From Deltaproteobacteria bacterium (GTDB lineage Bacteria; Desulfobacterota; GWC2-55-46), in NCBI GenBank assembly GCA_016219015.1, contig JACRCL010000001.1:70308-134307 (forward strand): 64,000 bases of DNA, in the 5' to 3' direction. The notes beneath the pieces are model-generated. The model made no database searches. It had not been told where the DNA came from and saw only the letters and a program-made list of their open reading frames with translations. Position numbers and translations under genes: made by a program. Below are positions 57,073 through 64,000 of this stretch, one piece after another (the stretch's first letter is position 1; the number at the start of each line of letters is the position of its first letter).

Positions 57073-58259
57073 TTTGTGATGTTATTATCTTTATGCCTTT
57101 TGGCTATTTTCGCGGCGAGGTCGTCGAGCTTCTTGAAGTCGTCCCCTTTCGGCCTGCCCTTCACTATAACCGGCTCGATCATCTCGACCTTCAGGCTGGA
57201 TATGGTGGAAGTCACCTGCTCGACCATCTTCCCGGCCCAGCCGTATGTGCCTATGATTGAAGCGAACTTGAGCTTCGGCCTTAGCGCGTTTATGAGGAAG
57301 GCCGCCGATATGACTGCGGGGTGCGCGCCCGTAAGGACCGTGGGCGAGGCTACAACCAATGTCGCGGCGTCGACCACGGACATCGCGAGCTTGCCGTTAT
57401 CGGTCACGGCGAGGTTGTACTTTTCGACTTTTACGCCGAGCCCAATAAGGGCGTCGGTCAAGTAATCGACCATCAGCTCCGTGGAGCCGTGCATCGTGGC
57501 GTAGGGGATGACGACGGTATTGGAGAGGTCGTCGGATACCCACTCCCGGTGCGCGTCGAGGATGCACTTCACGTTCCTGTGGAGCGGACCGTGGCTCGGG
57601 GCGATTATGTCGACGGCGTACTTCTCGACCTTCTCCATGTGCTTGCGGATCGTCGTCCTGAAGGGCATCATCACCTCGGCGTAGTACCTCTTGGCCGCCT
57701 CGCAGACCTTCGCCTCGTCGTCTACATATAAAGAAGACGCGGCCAGGTGCGAGCCGAACATGTCGCAGGTGAATATTATTTTGTCCTCGCGGAGATACGT
57801 CGATATGGTCTCGGGCCAGTGGACCCAGGGCGTGGAGATGAACTCAAGCGTCTTGCCCCCGAGCTGGAGGGTCTCTCCGTCCGAGACCGCGGTTATCCGC
57901 TCGATCGGGATATTGAGGAGGTCGACGAGGAATTCCCTGCCCTTCGCGCTGGCCAGCACCTTCGCGCTTTTGTATTTTTCAAGGACAAGCGGGATCGTCC
58001 CCGAGTGGTCCTGCTCGGAATGGTTCGATACTATGTAGTCAATCCTGTCCACGCCTTCAAGGGCCGCCATGAGGACCGCGGACTTGCTCGGGTCTACGGT
58101 GTCTATGAGGGCGGTCTTTTCGCTGCCTCTCACAAGAAAAGAGTTGTAGCTCGTGCCGTCCGGCAGCGGGATAAGGGAGTCGAAAAGCCGCCTGTCCCAG
58201 TCCACGGCCCCGACCCAGAAAACGCCTTCCTTTATCTTTTTAAGTTCCATGGCGGACAC
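57069..58259 (-). CDS. Flavodiiron protein (metallo-beta-lactamase-like di-iron domain + flavodoxin domain)
   Basis: 396 aa [11 protein letters not shown] di-iron ligand motif and a C-terminal flavodoxin-like domain. Confidence 0.85.
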   Translation of the reverse strand: MSAMELKKIKEGVFWVGAVDWDRRLFDSLIPLPDGTSYNSFLVRGSEKTALIDTVDPSKSAVLMAALEGVDRIDYIVSNHSEQDHSGTIPLVLEKYKSAKVLASAKGREFLVDLLNIPIERITAVSDGETLQLGGKTLEFISTPWVHWPETISTYLREDKIIFTCDMFGSHLAASSLYVDDEAKVCEAAKRYYAEVMMPFRTTIRKHMEKVEKYAVDIIAPSHGPLHRNVKCILDAHREWVSDDLSNTVVIPYATMHGSTELMVDYLTDALIGLGVKVEKYNLAVTDNGKLAMSVVDAATLVVASPTVLTGAHPAVISAAFLINALRPKLKFASIIGTYGWAGKMVEQVTSTISSLKVEMIEPVIVKGRPKGDDFKKLDDLAAKIAKRHKDNNITK

Positions 58260-58314
58260 CTCGGATTTTAGCCTTATTTAAAGGTTAGCATAAGGAGGAG
58301 ACGTTTTCAACGGG

Positions 58315-59433
58315 CTACAGCGCCCGCTTGAAGGCTATGGTGCCGAGCACCACGGAGACGGCGGCGAAAACGGCAAGGAATATCATGTCGCCGTTAACCG
58401 CTGAAAGTCCCGCTCCTTTAAATAGCAGGGCCCGCAGCGCGTGCACCGAGTATGTCTCGGGGTTGACCCTGGCGAAGGCCTTGAGCCACCCCGGAAAACT
58501 CTCGACCGGATAGATAGCTCCGCTCGGGAAAAAGAAAATGACGTTCAGGAAGCCTCCGAGCACGCCGACTATCCTCGGGTGGTTGATCCTCCCCATTATT
58601 ATGAACATGAGCCCCTGCAGCCCGAGGGTCGAAAGCATTATGACCGCCAGTATAAGGAGTATCCCCCAGAGGTCGAGCATCTGCCACAGGTATACGCCGG
58701 AGATGAGGGAGCTAAGGAAAAGCACGACAAGGGCAAGTATGGTCGTTATAAGCAGGCCGCTGGCCACAAGCCCCATGACTATGTCCCTCTTGGTAAGCGG
58801 CGTCAGGAAGTAGCTCTCCTCCACCCCGAGGAACCTGTCCATGACCATGTTGAACGCGCCCGTTGTCATGGCGCCGAGGAATATCGCCATTATCACCACG
58901 CCGGGTATGAGCGTCTGGTCGTAGTCTATCTTCCTGTAAAGCTCTATGTCCCTTAAGTAGGTCCTCCTCTCCTCGCGCACCGAAATACGCTCCCTCGAAA
59001 GCTCCGGCAGCGCGCCAAGGATCGAGCCCTGAATGGAATTGGCCGAGATGGTCTCCGCGTTATCGAGGAAGAGCCCGAGCTCGCTCCTTGTCCCCCGGGC
59101 CACGTCGCGGCTGAAATCGGGCGGTATGACGAGGACGGCCTTGAACACTCCCTCCCTCAACCCGGAGATGGCGAAGCCCTGGTCGGAAACTTTACGCACC
59201 TTGAGCGTCCTCGGGCCGGCTTCCAAGGATCGAAGGAGTTCCATCACCCTTACGGCGTACGGCCCGCCGTCGAGGTCTACGACGGCTATGGGCAGGTTCT
59301 TCAGTTCGCCCTGGAAGGAGTTGCCGAGGATCACGAGATAGATGATCGGCATAAGGAGGCTCATGGCCACCACGAGCGGGTTCCTCACGAACTTCCTCAA
59401 GTCCCTCTCGAATATGGCGTTGAAGCGGTTCAT
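58315..59433 (-). CDS. ABC-2 type transporter permease
   Basis: 372 aa ORF with six predicted TM segments in the C-terminal half; ABC-2 family. Confidence 0.8.
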   Translation of the reverse strand: MNRFNAIFERDLRKFVRNPLVVAMSLLMPIIYLVILGNSFQGELKNLPIAVVDLDGGPYAVRVMELLRSLEAGPRTLKVRKVSDQGFAISGLREGVFKAVLVIPPDFSRDVARGTRSELGLFLDNAETISANSIQGSILGALPELSRERISVREERRTYLRDIELYRKIDYDQTLIPGVVIMAIFLGAMTTGAFNMVMDRFLGVEESYFLTPLTKRDIVMGLVASGLLITTILALVVLFLSSLISGVYLWQMLDLWGILLILAVIMLSTLGLQGLMFIIMGRINHPRIVGVLGGFLNVIFFFPSGAIYPVESFPGWLKAFARVNPETYSVHALRALLFKGAGLSAVNGDMIFLAVFAAVSVVLGTIAFKRAL

Positions 59434-59499
59434 CGCAGGACCCCGGAAAGAGAGTAACTAACGGGCATGAAAAACATCTTCCTTGAAGCTTAAGTTGCT

Positions 59500-59672
59500 G
59501 AAAAACTATTTTAGGGAAGCTCTGATTAATTGTGTCTTATTGTCATTCTGAGGGAGCGGAGCGACCGAAGAATCTCGTAACTTGCTGATTTGTCCACTAC
59601 GAGATTCTTCCCCTTTGCTTCGCTCAGGGCTTCGGCTCACACGCTCAGAATGACGGACTAAAATAGTTTTTC
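59500..59672. repeat. 173-bp nested inverted-repeat (MITE/REP-like) element between the ABC ATPase and permease genes
   Basis: Three nested perfect inverted repeats. Outer: GAAAAACTATTTTAG / CTAAAATAGTTTTTC, 15 bp (59500-59514 with 59658-59672). Middle: GTCATTCTGAG / CTCAGAATGAC, 11 bp. Inner: GAAGAATCTCGTA / TACGAGATTCTTC, 13 bp, with an 18-nt loop. Confidence 0.5.
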
Positions 59673-59699
59673 CGCAGCCTGTTAAACGGATGAAGCGCC

Positions 59700-60701
59700 T
59701 CATCTCCCCCACTTCGTGGGCACCCCGGCCCCGAGGAGGAAGCTCACCTTCTTCACCTCCTCTTCCCTTATGGGCCTGCCCGTGAAGTGTATAAAGACGT
59801 CCTCAAGCGTCTGCTGCTTCAAGGTGACCTTCGTGATGTTGGCGCCCATCTTCTTGAGCCCGTCGACGAGCTCGGGGATAGCCCTTGCCCCGCCCTCGGC
59901 GGACACTATAAGGGTGTCCTCTTTTACAGCGCACGACGTTACCGCCGGGAGTGTCTTGACCCATTCGGCGGCCCTGTCCGCGTCGAAGTTGGGGATAGTA
60001 AGCTCGACCACGTCCTTCTGCGGTATCTGCTTTTTAAGCCCCTCGACCGTATCGAGCGCCACGATCTTGCCGTAGTCTATTATGGCGACATGGTCGCAGA
60101 GCGCTTCAGCCTCTTCCATGTAGTGCGTCGTAAGGAGGATCGTCAGTTTATCGATCTTCCGGAACTTATCCAGCAGCTCCCAGACGACGTGCCTCGATTG
60201 GGGGTCGAGCCCTATGGTCGGCTCATCGAGTATGAGTATCCTCGGCTTGTGGACGAGCCCCCTCGCTATCTCAAGCCGCCTTCTCATGCCGCCGGAGTAC
60301 GTCGCCACCAGGTCCCCTGCCCTCTCCCTCAAGCCGACCATCGACAGGAGCTCGTCTGTCCGCTCCCGCCTCTCTTTTTTCGGCATCTCGTAGAAGCGGG
60401 CGTAGATGTCCATTATCTCGAAGCCCGTTAAGTCGAGGTCGCTCGTCATCGCCTGCGGGACGACGCCTATCTCGTTCCTGACCTTTGCCCTGTCCTTGAC
60501 CGCGTCAAAACCCGCCACCTTCGCTACACCTGCGGTAGGCATTATAAGTGTGGTGAGTATCCTTATAAGCGTAGTTTTGCCGGCGCCATTTGGCCCGAGG
60601 AGGCCGAAAAAGTCCCCCTCCGGTATCGATAGGGATACCCCGTCAAGGGCCGTAAGCCCGCCGTACTTCTTTACAAGGTCTATGGTCTCTATGGCAGCCA
60701 T
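59700..60701 (-). CDS. ABC transporter ATP-binding protein
   Basis: 333 aa ORF. Walker A GPNGAGKTT, signature LSGGMRRRLEIA, Walker B ILILDEPT. Confidence 0.9.
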   Translation of the reverse strand: MAAIETIDLVKKYGGLTALDGVSLSIPEGDFFGLLGPNGAGKTTLIRILTTLIMPTAGVAKVAGFDAVKDRAKVRNEIGVVPQAMTSDLDLTGFEIMDIYARFYEMPKKERRERTDELLSMVGLRERAGDLVATYSGGMRRRLEIARGLVHKPRILILDEPTIGLDPQSRHVVWELLDKFRKIDKLTILLTTHYMEEAEALCDHVAIIDYGKIVALDTVEGLKKQIPQKDVVELTIPNFDADRAAEWVKTLPAVTSCAVKEDTLIVSAEGGARAIPELVDGLKKMGANITKVTLKQQTLEDVFIHFTGRPIREEEVKKVSFLLGAGVPTKWGR

Positions 60702-60702
60702 G

Positions 60703-61755
60703 TCATTTCGCGAAGTATATCCTGACCCTTACAGTCATGCCGGGCTTCAGCAGCCCCTCGGGCCTTTCAACCCCGGCCTTGACCCTGAAGGTCTTTATGT
60801 CCGACCTCCCCCTCGTGACGTCCCTCTGCGTTGCGAACCCGCCGACCGCGCCTATCTCTATCACGCTGCCTGAAAAGGGCTTCTGAGGCATGCCGGTGGA
60901 GGCCACCTCTGCCCTGTCCCCGAGCCTTATCCTCTCCACCTCAGTCTCCTCGACGTCCACCCTTGCCCAGACGTCCTTGAGGTCGTATATGGTATAGATC
61001 GAAGCCCCGGGGTTGACGTACTCGCCCGCCTCGAACGCCTTGTAGGCGATCACCCCGTTTATGGGCGAGAGTATCCGTGTGTCATCGAGCCCGGCCTTCA
61101 GCACCTTTACCTGCGCCCCGGCCTGCGCCCTTTTAGCCTCGGAGGAGGCCAGCCTTGCCCTCGCGGCCCTTATGTTGACCCCGGAGTTCCTGAAGTTAGC
61201 CTGTGCCGAGCGGACCCTGGCGCGGGCGCTGTCGAGTATGGCCCTGTTCGCGTCATAAACGGCCTGTGCCGCGTCCAGGTCTTTTTTGGCTGCGTACCCG
61301 TCCTTGAAAAGCCCCTTCGCCCTTTCGAGGTTGTCTCCGGCCTCGGTTGTTACCGCCTTCGCCCGCTCCTCCTCGGCCTTTGCCGCGTCTATCTCGTACC
61401 TGGCGGACTCCCGCTGGACGACCGCGTTCTCGACGCTCACCTTCGCTTCTTTTACGGCCTCCGCGGCGGCGGCTACGGCGGCCTTGCCCTCTTCGAGCTT
61501 CGCCTTAAGCTCGTCGCTTTCGAGTACGACGGCCTCCTGTCCCTGTTTTACCTCGCCGCCCTCTTCACAGCAGAGCTTTTCTATCCTGCCGGGTATCTTC
61601 GAGGACAGGTCGACCTCGGTGGCCTCGACCACGCCGGTGGATTCGATATAATCCAGGGGCTTTTCTTTTCGGAGCACCTTGAAATATATTACGAGCAGGA
61701 CGAATACGATAACCGCAAAAAGGGCGGCAACGAGCGGTCTTCTCTTCACGGTCAT
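60703..61755 (-). CDS. HlyD-family membrane fusion protein
   Basis: 350 aa ORF with an N-terminal TM anchor, a long coiled coil and a C-terminal beta-barrel/lipoyl-like domain. Lies upstream of the ABC ATPase. Confidence 0.8.
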   Translation of the reverse strand: MTVKRRPLVAALFAVIVFVLLVIYFKVLRKEKPLDYIESTGVVEATEVDLSSKIPGRIEKLCCEEGGEVKQGQEAVVLESDELKAKLEEGKAAVAAAAEAVKEAKVSVENAVVQRESARYEIDAAKAEEERAKAVTTEAGDNLERAKGLFKDGYAAKKDLDAAQAVYDANRAILDSARARVRSAQANFRNSGVNIRAARARLASSEAKRAQAGAQVKVLKAGLDDTRILSPINGVIAYKAFEAGEYVNPGASIYTIYDLKDVWARVDVEETEVERIRLGDRAEVASTGMPQKPFSGSVIEIGAVGGFATQRDVTRGRSDIKTFRVKAGVERPEGLLKPGMTVRVRIYFAK

Positions 61756-61890
61756 TCAACACCCCTCGGGGAAAGATGAGATACCTTGAGCATAGCAGAA
61801 GAAGGGCGCTTTTTCCACGGTTTATGGGGGGGGAGAGAGGCTATGCGGATATTTTGAGGATAACGTCGCAGACGGACTTATTTGAAGCCT

Positions 61891-62038
61891 GCAGGCTGCC
61901 TCTAAAAATTAGGAATTTTTTCTGAGGTCAAGGAAGGGCGGAAATAAAAAGCGGAGCATATATGGTAATATGTGAGCATTTTTATTTTCGCGCCTACGCA
62001 GAGATCGGGGAAAAGAACAATTTTTAGAGGCAGCCTGC
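61891..62038. repeat. 148-bp palindromic element bounded by 20-bp perfect inverted repeats
   Basis: GCAGGCTGCCTCTAAAAATT (61891-61910) with AATTTTTAGAGGCAGCCTGC (62019-62038). Imperfect internal symmetry. The right arm abuts the stop codon of the OMP gene. Confidence 0.45.
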
Positions 62039-63273
62039 TAAAACTTATACGAAAGGCGCGTCATGAGACGGTTGGTGGTGTACGTGGAGCCGTTCTCGAA
62101 CTCGTACGAGCCGGAGACGTTCCACCCCTTCTTTACGAAGTAGGTGCCCGACACGCCGAATACCCAGAGGTTATCGGTCGTGTCCGTTGCCGTGTAGGCG
62201 TTGTGAACGTACGTGCCGCGCACCGAGGCCTCGAATGACTCCCAGTATTTTGACAGGTCGACGCTCAGCGCCTCGTGCGTGGAGGAGCCGTAGCTGTCCG
62301 TGAGCGTGAGGTTCAGGTTCATGTTGACGCCCCTGTAGATGTTGTCCCTGCTTACGCCTACCTGGTAGTTCATGGCGCTCTTGTTCTGGCCAGTTATGTC
62401 GTTAAAGAGCCTTGAGGAGCGCTCGACCCTGCCGTAGAGGTTGTATTTGTCGAGGACCCGGTATGTGCCGCTCAAGTAGTATATCTGCTGGCGGCTGTTG
62501 TCTATGGTGAAGGTCATGGACTTGAAATACCTTATGGCCCTGAACTGGCTGTAGCCGACAGAGACGCTTTTGGTGAAATCCGGCCTGTAGGATGCCTCGA
62601 AAATAGCATTAGTCAAACTGAGGTTTTTGCTCACCTGGTCCCTGTCCACGGTCACGTTGCCGTAGAGCCTCAGCTCCTTTTTAGGGTAGAACGAGCCCTG
62701 GGCGTATAGGTACTGGCGGTCGGCGGCCCCCTTGAAGGCGTTGTGGACAACGGCCATGCTGCCGGAGAGGTCTTCCTTACTATAGAAGGCGTAAGCCCCG
62801 GCTGTCATGAAGTCGGCATTGAAGGCCTCGGTGTAAGGGTCGGGCTTCGCGCCGCCGAAAAGACCCAGGCCCTTGCCGTCGCTCCTGAAAACGACGTTCA
62901 CCCCGTCAACCCTCTCGATGAAAAGGTCCTTGACCCATGTCCTGCCCATCACAAGGCTCAAGGAGGGGGTCGAGTACTCGAGGTTGAGGACGTCTACCCT
63001 CTCCCTCCTGATCGACGGGTTGTAGTCCTTCGTGCCGAGGCTGTTCCGTTCCCTGCCGTCAAAATGGAAAGAGAGCGTGCCGGAGCTGTTGAGCTTCGTG
63101 GAGTCGAGCCTGAACCGTGTCGTGAGGATGTTCCTGTCCTGTGAGCTTGAGTCCGCCTGAAAGAAGTCCTCTATTGAAAACAGCCCGTGGTTCTCGGCCG
63201 CGAACGACGGGCCTGAAAATATCAGGGATAGACAGAGCGCAAAGACAGCCTTGAGATAGAACCTGTGGTGCAT
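62038..63273 (-). CDS. Outer-membrane beta-barrel protein (putative porin/channel)
   Basis: 411 aa ORF. Signal peptide ...SGPSFAAE, alternating amphipathic beta-strand pattern, C-terminal ...RLSYKF with terminal Phe typical of OMPs. Confidence 0.6.
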   Translation of the reverse strand: MHHRFYLKAVFALCLSLIFSGPSFAAENHGLFSIEDFFQADSSSQDRNILTTRFRLDSTKLNSSGTLSFHFDGRERNSLGTKDYNPSIRRERVDVLNLEYSTPSLSLVMGRTWVKDLFIERVDGVNVVFRSDGKGLGLFGGAKPDPYTEAFNADFMTAGAYAFYSKEDLSGSMAVVHNAFKGAADRQYLYAQGSFYPKKELRLYGNVTVDRDQVSKNLSLTNAIFEASYRPDFTKSVSVGYSQFRAIRYFKSMTFTIDNSRQQIYYLSGTYRVLDKYNLYGRVERSSRLFNDITGQNKSAMNYQVGVSRDNIYRGVNMNLNLTLTDSYGSSTHEALSVDLSKYWESFEASVRGTYVHNAYTATDTTDNLWVFGVSGTYFVKKGWNVSGSYEFENGSTYTTNRLMTRLSYKF

Positions 63274-63318
63274 TTTCCGTGTTGCCCCCTATTTAAAGAT
63301 AAGCGCGTCATAGGCGTT

Positions 63319-64000
63319 TTATTTCTGCCCCGTAGGATGACAGCTCAAGCACCCCGAGTTGGAGCTTGTCTTGTGGACCGTGACGCCCCGCGAAGTGTGG
63401 CACTCTATGCACCCGCCCTTGTTCGTGTAAGCCCCGCCGGGGTGGCAGGCGTTGCAGTCGCTCGGGCTCGTCCCCTTGTGGTTGAGCGGGAAGGTCGTGG
63501 ACGGGTGCGTGAACGTCCAGGCCGTTTTCGATTTATGGCAAGTCTCGCAGACAGTCCAGTTGTTGGTTACATGGTCGGCGGGCTTGGCCGGGGTCGAGTA
63601 GTTAAGATGGCAGGCCGAGCACCCGGTAGTCGTGGTCGGGTGCGTGAAAGTCCACGCCGAGGTCGATTTATGGCACGTCTCGCAGACCGTCCAGTTGTTA
63701 GTCGTGTGGTCCGCGGGCTTGGCCGGGACCGAGGAGTTCAGATGGCAGGTCGCGCACCCGGTGGTCGCCGTCGGGTGTGTGAAAGTCCACGCCGAGGTCG
63801 ATTTGTGGCAGGTCTCGCAGACCGTCCAGTTGTTCGTCGTATGGTCGGCGGGCTTTGCCGGGGTCGAGTAGTTCAGATGGCAGGTCGCGCACCCGGTGGT
63901 CGCCAGCGAATGCCGGTGCAACGTCCATGACGAGGTCGAGTAATGGCAAAGCTCGCAGGTCGTCGGGTAGAGCGTGGGGTTAGTTACGTGAGAGGCCGGC
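63319..64000 (-). CDS. Multiheme c-type cytochrome with tandem ~45-aa repeats; N-terminus lies beyond the window end
   Basis: Ten CxxCH motifs in about 227 aa. The ORF-track M at 63921 is really a TTG; the same frame continues upstream (PASHVTNPTLYPTTCELCHYSTSSWTL...) with no stop to position 64000. Confidence 0.7.
   Translation of the reverse strand, partial: PASHVTNPTLYPTTCELCHYSTSSWTLHRHSLATTGCATCHLNYSTPAKPADHTTNNWTVCETCHKSTSAWTFTHPTATTGCATCHLNSSVPAKPADHTTNNWTVCETCHKSTSAWTFTHPTTTTGCSACHLNYSTPAKPADHVTNNWTVCETCHKSKTAWTFTHPSTTFPLNHKGTSPSDCNACHPGGAYTNKGGCIECHTSRGVTVHKTSSNSGCLSCHPTGQK
63496..63960. repeat. Three or more tandem ~135-bp direct repeats inside the cytochrome gene
   Basis: Near-identical DNA units, each encoding TTGCATCHLNYSTPAKPADHTTNNWTVCETCHKSTSAWTFTHP. 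Confidence 0.6.

Noticed and set aside
59506-59712. 68-aa ORF on the minus strand inside the 59.5-kb inverted-repeat element
   Set aside because: It lies entirely within nested hairpin DNA, has no SD, and has an odd, charged, low-complexity composition. It is more parsimonious as a by-product of the palindromic element.
61972-62238. 88-aa plus-strand ORF starting in the palindromic element and running antisense into the OMP gene
   Set aside because: Antisense to a well-formed OMP C-terminus, with no RBS and a GC-artefact composition.
7442-64000. tRNA/rRNA genes or CRISPR arrays in intergenic regions
   Set aside because: No cloverleaf-compatible segments, no rRNA-like conserved tracts, and no short direct repeats with unique spacers. 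The only tandem repeats are the in-frame 135-bp cytochrome repeats.

Overview
This 64 kb GC-rich bacterial window is coded almost entirely on the minus strand; only one convincing gene (55325..56452, an aminopeptidase) is on the plus strand. From left to right on the minus strand it contains: (i) a nonulosonic-acid (pseudaminic/legionaminic-type) sugar biosynthesis cluster (PseB, PseC, NeuB/PseI-like synthase, cytidylyltransferase, two Gfo/Idh/MocA oxidoreductases, a class-III aminotransferase, a small FmdB zinc-ribbon ORF); (ii) a near-complete flagellar and chemotaxis supercluster (fliW-csrA-flgL-flgK-flgN-flgM; flgJ...flgF rod/ring genes; DUF2802-like, HDOD, cheW, motBA, cheBAZYY, cheR, a HEAT-repeat protein; fliA-flhGFA-flhB-fliRQPONML; flgE-flgD-fliK; motE-like-fliJIHGFE-flgCB); (iii) a regulatory module of two sigma-54 enhancer-binding response regulators, a cytoplasmic histidine kinase and a secreted TPR protein; (iv) housekeeping or accessory genes (M29 aminopeptidase, YjbQ, flavodiiron protein, ABC-2 exporter with HlyD, an outer membrane beta-barrel, and a partial tandem-repeat multiheme c-type cytochrome). 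From sequence alone I recovered a four-tier promoter hierarchy: one sigma-70 consensus promoter for the master EBP, six sigma-54 promoters (TGGCAC-N5-TTGC type) for the TPR-kinase-regulator operon, four early/middle flagellar operons and the glycosylation operon, and two sigma-28 promoters (flgM operon, che operon). Other observations: Pseudomonas-FleQ-like palindromes upstream of fliL and pseB; three intrinsic terminators; two large nested inverted-repeat (MITE-like) elements in the ABC/OMP region. Partial genes at both window edges were found by manual translation because the ORF track omits them. The most distinctive candidate here is the nonulosonic-acid cluster placed under the flagellar sigma-54/sigma-28 regulon.
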